Part shown: positions 38,301 to 47,259 of the stretch, in pieces
How the letters are laid out: the number at the start of each line of letters is the position of its first letter
Position numbering within the stretch: the first letter of the stretch is position 1
Assembly (NCBI GenBank): GCA_030704615.1
Contig: CM060733.1
Location: 58,528,001-58,592,000 of the forward strand
Reading direction: 5' to 3'
Length of the DNA stretch: 64,000 nucleotides
Origin: Takakia lepidozioides
Taxonomy: Eukaryota > Plantae > Bryophyta
Program-made: the position numbers and the translations under genes
The notes under the pieces: generated by a model
What the model was told of the DNA's origin: nothing
What the model saw: the letters and a program-made list of their open reading frames with translations, nothing else
Databases searched by the model: none

Positions 38301-40400
38301 CCAAGTATTAGGAAGGGGTATGTTGTGAGAATTTTAAGTACAGCTATGGAGTGTTTCCTTCGTGCAAAAACTGTGAGGCAACGGGACTTTTACCGGGTCT
38401 GCATGAGGCTTGCGTTGACGCAAGCCTGTTTGATGGCAGCCCATGACTTAAGTGTCAAACTCTTGTTTCAGAACCGGAAAGAGGTTTTCGTTGACGCAAG
38501 GATGAGTTTAGGCTGCACTTGGATTTTTTTTTGTTAAGTGTTACAACAAAAGGATGGAGCTTGCTATCATGTCTTCCTATGAACTCTCCTGATTTTGTTG
38601 TTTTTGTTTTCTCAGATATATCCACGGAGTGCTTTTTCCAGGTGGTTTTCTAAGCTCCTACCCATTCTTCATTGACAGCTGGGCAAAGACAAATCCCGAC
38701 ACAACAATGTACACAGCGGGCATTCTGGAGGACTGGAGCAAATCTCATTTCAAAGACTGTGGGTGGTACCTTGATTGCCCGAAACAATCAACACCCTGGG
38801 AGGAGAACATCCTGCGAAACTTGAATGACAATGCAAATGCTCTTGGTCCTCTGACAGATAGGCAGCTGCAGTTAAGAGATCTCCGGCTTCTCAAAGCAAA
38901 GGAACCAATTGTAAATCAGAGCCCGAAAAAAAAAGGTGGAAAGAAGAAGGACAAAAAGAAAGAGGGCGAACAAAGTCTGGTAGCGGCTGCTGTGGCAGGA
39001 GGGGCTCAGAGGGGTTCACAACTGGCTCTGTCAGACAAACCATACGAGGCCCTACCTAACCCTGGCAGAGGTGTAGCCACGGGATACCAACACCAGACAG
39101 TCAACGAAAGCTTCTTGGACATGATGGAATCAAGGAGGAAAGGCGGCACAGTCAAAGAGAAGTCCCCAACTTGGGGAGACATTGTCTTCGTTCTTTACTC
39201 TGGTAAATTCCTTATCCACTTCCCTACTTGTCATTTGGTTCTTGCAGTGTGGTCAAATGTCCTTTGAATTGGTTGCTTTGGGGGGTGAAGGCTGGGAAAG
39301 GTCCATCGTGGGTGAACGGAGAGAAAAAACCCTTTTGCCTGCGAGCTCGTTGTTGTGGACATTCCAGACGGGCTTCTAGTCCCAGATCTTCCACCGAAAG
39401 GTGTCACTCCAGCCTGGAATGAATGGGACGAGCGATATTGGCCCTGGGTCTTCAAGTTCTATGGGAACTTCTTGGCTGACAATGGGTGTTTGCTCATCCT
39501 ACAAGCTGCCAATGCAAAGTGCCGACGATTACTGTCCAGTTTCCTGAAGTCTGGTGGGATGAAGGTGATTAAAAGTTGGAATGGAGTTAATAGTCTCCCA
39601 CTTACAAAGGGGGACTTCCCAGGCCAGAAGGTATGTCGTATCCTCCATTTCATTAAATCTTGTAAAAATGTTTCCCGTGTTTGGATAGCTTTATTTTCCT
39701 TCTGCGCTGTTAATCTTCTCGTGCATCCTTGCGTTGACGAAATCGTAGTGCAAGGTTGTCATCTGCTACCTACCTTGATGTTGCCTTGGCGCTCACCTCA
39801 CTGAGTCCGGTGTTTTCATTTCGTAGATACGAGCTTTTGATGCACATTGTCTCGTAAGTGAACGCCACCCATCCACACCGTCATCCGTTAAGGAGTTCCA
39901 GGACTTGAAAGGGGGAACGCATGTTGACTCGTCCTGCGATCCCGTGGATGATGATTTTATCTACAACTACGTGGACGCCTCACTTACTGTGCTGCGAATT
40001 CCGGAGAGCCATGGAGAGGTGCACGGGAAAAGAGTCCTGCATTCATGCAGACAGTCATCGAGTCTTGCAGTGTTGAAGGGTCCAGTGTTGTTGACCTCAC
40101 TCTTGGAACAGGTTCACACTCTAGCAATAATCTGCCTTCATTGTTGTAGTTCGAAAGTGCAGTTTCGTGCACATATCTTGGCTCATTTGGTTTATTCGTC
40201 TGGCAGGGGCATCGTTCCATGCCTGCAAGGCTGCTGAAAGGCATTTGTTCGCTTTTGAGGGGGATGGAGAGCTGTACAAAGAGGTAATTGCTCCCCTCCA
40301 TGAGGGCTCCACCTCATGTACCCAGACAGATGTCGTTGTTGCAGCAGTGCCGTTGGAACACGAGGACATCGAAATTGACGACGATTTTGATTGTGAGTAA
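35327..40400 (+). pseudogene. Spliced ParB/Srx-like domain plus beta-class amino-DNA methyltransferase (N6A/N4C-type fold) fusion, disrupted
   Basis: Approximate exons: 35327-35611, 35697-35783, 36361-36951, 37045-37236, 37332-37805, 37885-38107, 38616-39202, 39248-39630, 39827-40111, 40207-40400. FFVWDGNHRLLAW at 36792-36830. ELVVVDIPDG at about 39343-39372. PWRGAREKSPAFMQTVIESCSVEGSSVVDLTLGT^GASFHACKAAERHLFAFEGD across a 95-bp intron. Frameshifts near 36655, 37160 and 39990, and TAG at 36921. Confidence 0.75.
35932..39747. repeat. Ten dispersed copies of a 24-bp palindrome, consensus CAGGCTTGCGTYRACGCAAGCCTG
   Basis: Copies start at 35932, 36050, 36195, 36271, 37284, 38168, 38244, 38405, 38481 and 39724. 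All lie in predicted introns of the ParB-MTase gene. Confidence 0.9.
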
Positions 40401-40834
40401 GTCGTATGCTTTTTCTTCTTTGCATGGGACTCCGTTGTGGCGTCGGAATTGGGGATTCTCATGAATGTTTGCAATGTTTTGCCCCAACTATGCCTAAGTT
40501 CCTCCCTTTCTTTGCGAACCCGGACTTCTTTCCAAGTCCGCCACCCATGCTTGAATTACCATGTTATGCTGAGGCTGCATCAAGAACATTTGCTCTCGAA
40601 ACATCTCCCCCTAGACAGGTTTGTGGCTGTGCATAGTGGGACTATGGTGTTCATCGATAGTTGTGCTTCAGTTTCCAATGCAAGCTCCTCTACCAGTGGA
40701 TCTGGACAATCAAAATGACCCATAAATTTTCGGACTTTCTATGGATAATGAAGCAATATCGACTTCTATGGTTTCAATAATGTCTGTGACTCTCGACCTG
40801 TTCTTCTATTCAAAACTTCCTTCTTCATGTATGT

Positions 40835-41302
40835 TCATTCATCCATCCTACAGATGTCAACAAAAGAAAATCTCAACATCCACATTCTTTTCAAACATTC
40901 ATCCAATGATATGAGCATGCATTAATCCATCAATGTGCCGGATTGCATCCCTGAACATCCAAGATTCATCCAACATTCATCCATCAAACTCACACCATCC
41001 ACCAAAATTTCATCTAGCTTCCTTCATTTATCATCCATAAACTTATCATCCAACATCCACCCTCCATTCATCCGCATTCCATCCGCTTGTTGCAATTGTC
41101 TCTTCTACGTTGTTGCAAACTACTGCCTCGTTGTGTGCAGACTTTCCCGCGGATATAGGCCCCGCATGGTTTTTCCATCCGCAGTTACAGGCCCTTGCGG
41201 TGACATTCATCCTCATCCATGAGAATCTTACCGCTCACGGATTGGTATCTTCACGCTCACGAATCTTTCCGCTCATGTGAGCCGCTCTCAGTTTAGCATC
41301 CC
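40835..41302. repeat. CATCC-rich array followed by GCTCAC repeats; candidate transposon subterminal/terminal region
   Basis: Many (T)CATCC(A) units at 40838-41085. CGCTCA(C/T) occurs three times at 41232-41277. Ends TTTAGCATCCCT. Confidence 0.5.
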
Positions 41303-42699
41303 TCCTTTCTATCATGTTTTTTGTAGAACTCTGCGGTGTATTTGGTTTGAAAGCTTTCATGTTTTCCTTAACGTTATTTCATAAGCATGTGCTCCTCTTC
41401 CAAACATACCTTGGAACATGGAGGGTGATTTACTTTTATTCTTTAACGCATTGAGTTCGAAATGTTCACCACACATGTTTCATGACAATGTAGTACTTCT
41501 CTATTATCTATAGGAGGTGATATACAAACTCTAGGTTCATTGTGATCTGACTCAAGGATTCCACCAATTCTTTATGGCCCTATATATGCAAAGTACTATT
41601 GTGGTGCCACAAGCCTCCGCAGTTTCTCTAGCACGCAACAATGTGAAAGTGAGAGGATGGATCACTTTGAGATTTGCCAGCCAGTTGATAAAGATCACAT
41701 TAGCACGAAACTGGTGGAAGTCCTCTTAACCATGATTGAAACTAATGCAGAAACGATGACCAGTCAAAGTGAGATGATTTCTCAATCTCAGATGAGCTCG
41801 TCTTCTATGGTCCCCAAGGTCAAGAATGGTCGATGACTCTTCAACGACAAGTTGATGATTCTGTGATGTGATTCAATCTAGTTTGTGTGGTTGTAAGGCT
41901 GGCACCCTTTCAAGATCGACGAAGAAATTCCAGCGCGAGAACACGGCCGTCTGGAGAGCAGGACACCTTCATGTGACTAGCTAGTCGTGATCTTCCTTGC
42001 TCACTGCACAAAGGGCTAATTATAGGATACAAATTCACCTGTGTCGAGGATCTTGTGGACGAAGGCTTAAAAATTGAGAGTCAAGTTTGTACACTTGTTA
42101 GCGTTCCTTTCAACTGATCTGGCATTCTTCACTGGAAAATCCCATTCGTGAATGTACAGTAAGTTTCTCTAAGAAAGGCGACAGACAAGAGCAGACTGTT
42201 GATGGAAGCGAAAAAAGAATCAAAAGTAGCTCTTCTGGGTGGATGTAGATTTGCGTGCTGCAGTTAACTAGCTGCCACGTGTTAACGAACTAACACATCT
42301 CCGTCGACGACGATCGCCGTTGAACGATTTCTCTTTTATCGGCGGCTCATGCCGTCATATTTCGTTAGCGACTCGCCACTTTCGTCACACGACAGAAGCC
42401 TCACGTCAGCGTGAGCCGCAGGTGTCCACGTCGATATCGTCCTTGTCTAGATATTGCAAGGACAGGTTTTGCCACGGGCTTGTGCCACGTGGTGAGTTCA
42501 CCAGAAGCAGCGCTCAGATTTTGTATGGGGCCTTCATATATACAGGCAGGCAGCTGCCTTTCTACATCTTCTTCACCGAGCCACACCACTGTTTGTAGGA
42601 GTCTGGCAGGTATAGATCATCAGGCAGGTTTCCGTGTTTGTTTTCAGTTCTCGCAGCTCGTCAGCTCCAACAATTACCAGATTGCAGGGAGGGAAAGAG

Positions 42700-44133
42700 A
42701 TGGGCGGTGGCGAGGATGGAAATTGTGTAGTCAGAGACTTTGCAGGAACAGAGGACAGTTCAGGAGAGAGAGTATCACTAGGAGGAAATTCGCAATTTCT
42801 TCCCCAAAATGAGTCGGGGATTACTAGCCAGGAATCAGGGGGTTTGGATATAATAGGGGTTGAATCGAGGGAAGCTGGAAATGTGGGTCCAGGCGAGCGC
42901 CAATCGTCCATCAATACAGAGCCTTTTACTCTCAACCAGGAAGCTATACGGGATGCTAAGGTCTTTCTCGTTTCCCAATCAATGTGCTAACATGTGACAA
43001 TATTTATTTTATACATAGTATGTTGGACCGGGGAAGGTTTTGACGCATTCAAGATATCACAGCGCTTTGAACAGGTTAGAAGCCTAATACCGAGTGCTCC
43101 GAGTGCTCAAATATTGAGTTGAGCTCATCATAAGTGGAACTTGTGTAGACAATACTGGTGAACTTTCACTGGTTCTAAGCCCCCATTGCTGTTAGAGAAA
43201 AATGCCTAGTTCTGAGAACCTCTGGTTCTAAGCTCCCTTTTCTGTTATCTGCAAGAGAATAATGCCTAGTTCTGAGAACCTCTGGTTCTAAGCCCCCTTT
43301 TCCAAGAGGAAAATGCCTAGTTCTGTGAGTCGAAAGACCTTATAGCTCGGTGCAAGCCTGGCACTCGCGTTCTTGCAGCTCCAACGAAATGTAGTGGATA
43401 TTGTTTAAATTACTCTGTGAAAAAATTCCCGAGAGGGCTGCAGGTTACGAGGACAAATATGCTCAGTTTAAGAGACTGTAGGCATTATCAAGCTCAATTA
43501 TGATGATTGATGGGGGCATGTATTTCTCTGTGATGTTTATAATAACTCGCTTTCTGAAATCGGCATGTTTGTGTCTGGAACAGGACAGAGCGGTCGAAGT
43601 CTTGCAAACCTGTGACCCTGAAGAAGCTTTTAGTGTTTTTACTAAGGTACTCAGGTTTCTTTCTTTTTGCGACACAGTTGACGATGTTGTAGGAGGGGAG
43701 AGTCTGTCTTGCTTGTTTGCGTTTTTGTCTGTCAGAATTTGCTCTAATATGGCCATCGTGGAACTTCCAATGTATTTGCTTTCCTAAATTACTCAATAGT
43801 CTTATCCTCGTTCTCAGCAGTAGCTTTCTCTCCCTTTAAATCCAAGAACACAAAGACTGACGTTGAAGGGGAGGGTTGATGTTCGAGAGGGATTTTTTGG
43901 AAGGAATGAAGCAGTGCTGATTTAGACTCTAGTTGAACAATGGAGAGGGGGAGAGAGAGCTGAGATGTTTGAGTTCGTACAGGCAAATTGTTTTAATAAT
44001 TTGGGTGTGCACTGTGCAGGATGCAAACGATGTGCAAATAAGACAGGGTCTCGCGGAGGCACCACAGTGGGAAGTTGATGCAGTAGCTGCTCAAGTAAAC
44101 AACCTGCTGTGCAGGCCACAGCAAAATGGTTGA
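42700..44133 (+). other. Possible small spliced gene or gene fragment of unknown function
   Basis: ATG at 42700 opens an acidic/Gly-rich exon to 42960|GT. Further AG/GT-bounded segments near 43019-43074, 43584-43646 and 44020-44133. Phase is ambiguous and no domain was recognised. Confidence 0.3.
43149..43325. repeat. Tandem repeat, 3 units of about 50-60 bp
   Basis: CTGGTTCTAAGC.CC...AATGCCTAGTTCTG occurs three times. Confidence 0.8.
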
Positions 44134-45060
44134 GGCTAGCATGGCATAGTGTGGTACAAGACCACTGAAAGCAAGTTCATACTAGGGCAGTGCAAGCGTG
44201 AATTAGGAAATTGTGGACCGTGTGGAGATTCTTTCTAATGATAATAGGCTCCTCCAGATGTCAAAGAGTCTGGAATACAGCCCAATATCTTTTGAGGTGA
44301 TTTATGTGCATTGAGGGATGGGAGCTTTGCAAAGAAACCTTCATGCCAAGATGAAACTTTAGTTAGAAGTGACAAACAGTGCCTCTGCTCCAATCAAACA
44401 TGTCATGAATTAATGATTTGGAATTGTAGGAAATAATCTATCCCAGTAAACTTTAGGGTGATAAATTTTTGCATCACACCAACTTGGCAATAAAAACAAA
44501 TGGACTATAATTAAAGGTATATTGGGGATGACTCCGCTCCAGAGCTCCGCAATTTGTGGTGTGTATGAGTTAGACTTAGGGCCCTGCCCCACCTGTAGTT
44601 AGGCACCCAATAGTTAGTGTCATTTAAGCTAACTATTGGGTTTAGGTGCCCTACTTACACTTATACTAACTAGACATTAACTATTGGGTTTAGGTGCCCA
44701 CTTACAGTTACACTAACTAGCACTCCTAATAGTTAGTGCACCTCACTAACTGAGTGTAAAACTTAGCGGGTCTGAAATAGGTTCTATAAACTAACAGGTG
44801 CGTACATCCTTGTCACGGTGGCTTGCCATCTCCTTGCTTTCTCCTTGACCGCGACGGAGAGTGTTTCAAGGAGCGTGGAGAGTATCGCAAGAGTGGCCTA
44901 TCTCGGAGGAGCGTGGAGTGGACTGCGGAGGAGCGTGGAGTGGACTGTGGGGAGCATGGAGTGGAGGCTCTGCCTAGATCGAGCTTCATCGACTTGCAAG
45001 AAGGAGCTCAATACGCAATGAAGAGAGTGCGCCAAAATCAAAGACCGCGCAGATTTTCTC

Positions 45061-45861
45061 ATGACAGATGAGGCGAGTTCAGCAGTTCATATGACTCCCA
45101 GTGGAAGTACACCACATCAAAGATCATCAGCTCATAGAGCGCCAACTAGAGATATGCTGGATTTCATGATGGAGGGAATGGATGATGAAGAACCTGCCAT
45201 AGAACATGAACCCGGTGTACTAGAAAATGAACCTCCCAGCAACGGTTCAAAAATCAAGCCAGCCCCAAAGGGGAAGTGGGCTGGAAATAAGGAGAAATGT
45301 ACACGAGCACGTAATTGGGACTTGCTTGAGACACTTTGTTTGATTGCAGCAAAGAGAATAGAGTGGGAGAAATATGAGCAAGCTTCTAGTAGAGAGAGAG
45401 CCACACTGTCTGCAAATCAGAGATGGGAAATCGTTGGAGGTTACATGGTTGACCATAACTATGAAAGAGAAGGAAAGGGATGTAGAACCAAATGGGAGGA
45501 TATTTTGGCTGACTTCAAGGGTGTGAAGGATTGGGATAAAGTCACTGGAAACGAACCATATTCGACCATGTCCTCTAATGAGAGACATGCAGCAGGGTTG
45601 GCAAGGAATTTTGAGCAAGAGATCTATGATGCATTGGACAATGTGTTTGAATCTCATCCTTTATTTAACCCCCCAGGTTTGGTTGATAGTTCTGGACCAA
45701 CTCCTGCATCCTCTACAGTTGGTTCTCAAGAAGAGGGTAAACTTCCACTTGTAAGTGCAGAAATGTCAGGTGCTACTCCACCTCCAAGAGCGTCTCTAGT
45801 TGGGGATAGGGAGCCTGGATCTCAGGGAAAAGAAAAAAATCCAGCCAAGGGTCAGCAGTAG
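45061..45861 (+). CDS. Harbinger Myb/SANT-like (trihelix-type) DNA-binding protein, probably frameshifted at the C-terminus
   Basis: RARNWDLLETLCLIAAKR...RWEIVGGYM...REGKGCRTKWEDILADFKGVKDW. A coiled-coil-like remnant continues to about 46037 in another frame. Confidence 0.75.
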   Translation: MTDEASSAVHMTPSGSTPHQRSSAHRAPTRDMLDFMMEGMDDEEPAIEHEPGVLENEPPSNGSKIKPAPKGKWAGNKEKCTRARNWDLLETLCLIAAKRIEWEKYEQASSRERATLSANQRWEIVGGYMVDHNYEREGKGCRTKWEDILADFKGVKDWDKVTGNEPYSTMSSNERHAAGLARNFEQEIYDALDNVFESHPLFNPPGLVDSSGPTPASSTVGSQEEGKLPLVSAEMSGATPPPRASLVGDREPGSQGKEKNPAKGQQ

Positions 45862-46368
45862 AATGTGCAATTAGGGAGACTCGGGATAGTTATGTTTCAG
45901 TATTCAACGAACAAACAGAGTATATCAAGGAGGGGGAAGCATCCATGATGGTACTTGAAGAAACAAAGTTGGCAATTAAAGAGAGAAAAGTGGCAATGGA
46001 GGAGAAGAAGATTATTGAAGAACAAGTTGATCGCTGAGCTTTAATTGGAGTGCTTGGTAGTAGTTTGGCGGTGTTTTTGAGAAGATTGTGAGTAGAATGA
46101 CCGATCGGTAATGAGTGAATGTGGCTGGAAATTAAATAGCATGTATGGTCTCTTCAATATGCAGCACTGGATTGTAGTGACAAAATTGTGGTGGCCCTTT
46201 TTATTATGAACAAGGCACCCTTGTTTATCAGTTTGCATAATAAGCATTGCAACATGTCTACATATATGAGAAACTATGTGTCTTGCCCATTTCTGATTTT
46301 CTGATTAACTAAATTTGAGTTCAACCTACATACATGTTGTCCATGAATATGGATGCTCATGTAGAAAG

Positions 46369-46539
46369 GTGGACGTGTTGCCGAAGCAAGCTTAACTTAT
46401 GGTGTCACTTGGGCCCATAGGGCTACTGCCTTCCGGTGGGAAGGTGGACACCGTATTGACTTCCAACAGGGTGGATTGAACCCACAACCACTCATGAGAG
46501 GGTATGTGCCCTTACCACTGGGCTACATGCTGGTTGTCT
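46369..46539 (-). mobile_element. tRNA-derived SINE, family B
   Basis: Minus strand has A box TAGCCCAGTGG and B box GGTTCAATCC. 13-bp TSD CTCATGTAGAAAG at 46356-46368 and 46540-46552. Confidence 0.85.
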
Positions 46540-47259
46540 CTCATGTAGAAAGCTACTAGGGCTTCGCGTTGCTCCGCACTACTAGCGACAAATTCCGAGA
46601 ACTATGTTCAATTTTTCACAAAAAAGGGGTTGGGTCATCCCCACGGTGTTACATGCACCTGGAAGCAAAATGGCGGATCTGCATTTCAACATTCATTTTT
46701 CACAAGCCGCAACAACCAATAACAACATACCCAAATACCCTTACTTTCACTGTATGAACTTTCAAGCATCCACCAAGGGATTGGATCTTGGTAAGTTAAG
46801 GCTTAGCTTTTGACAATATTCATGCAAGTTCATCAAGGGCTCCATCCAAAGCCACACCACGAGAAACAAACAAACATGTCCAAATTTTAAGATGCTGAAC
46901 AAACTTGTGCACAGGGCTGCCCCTCTCATCAAGCTCATTAAAATTCGTATTCACTTCCATCTTCAAGCTTTGGAGAAGCTCCACCACCCAAACCCAGAAT
47001 TAGGACAACACTCTGATTTCCATCCACTGTCACCAGAATCAGTCAAAAATCACCCCTTCAGTCAAGTGCAATTATGGGCTGACTTCCCACCTATGTCGGG
47101 TAGACCCCACTATCATTTCCTGTGGATTTATGGCACAGGAAATGCACTCAACAGTACATCATGGTCAATACTTTCGGGAAATGGTGGATGGTGTGAGTAG
47201 CTAAGTCACAGATCAATGAATAAAGCAAGACACTCGCATCTTTCCAAGAAGACATCCTT

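Noticed and set aside
35932-39747. CRISPR array interpretation of the 24-bp palindromes
   Set aside because: Spacing is irregular (about 50 to over 1200 bp), copies are separated by exons, there are no cas genes, and the context is eukaryotic.
35327-40400. Bacterial contamination as the source of the ParB-MTase
   Set aside because: The gene is broken by GT-AG introns, including one inside motif I, and is embedded among plant genes and TEs.
45061-45861. Host trihelix transcription factor
   Set aside because: It lies just inside a Harbinger TIR and matches the Harbinger accessory Myb/SANT ORF position.
46372-46392. U6 snRNA-like 5' hairpin (GCTTGCTTCGGCAACAC on the minus strand)
   Set aside because: Only a short UUCG hairpin resembling animal U6. 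There is no ACAGAGA box or downstream U6 sequence, and it lies inside a SINE.
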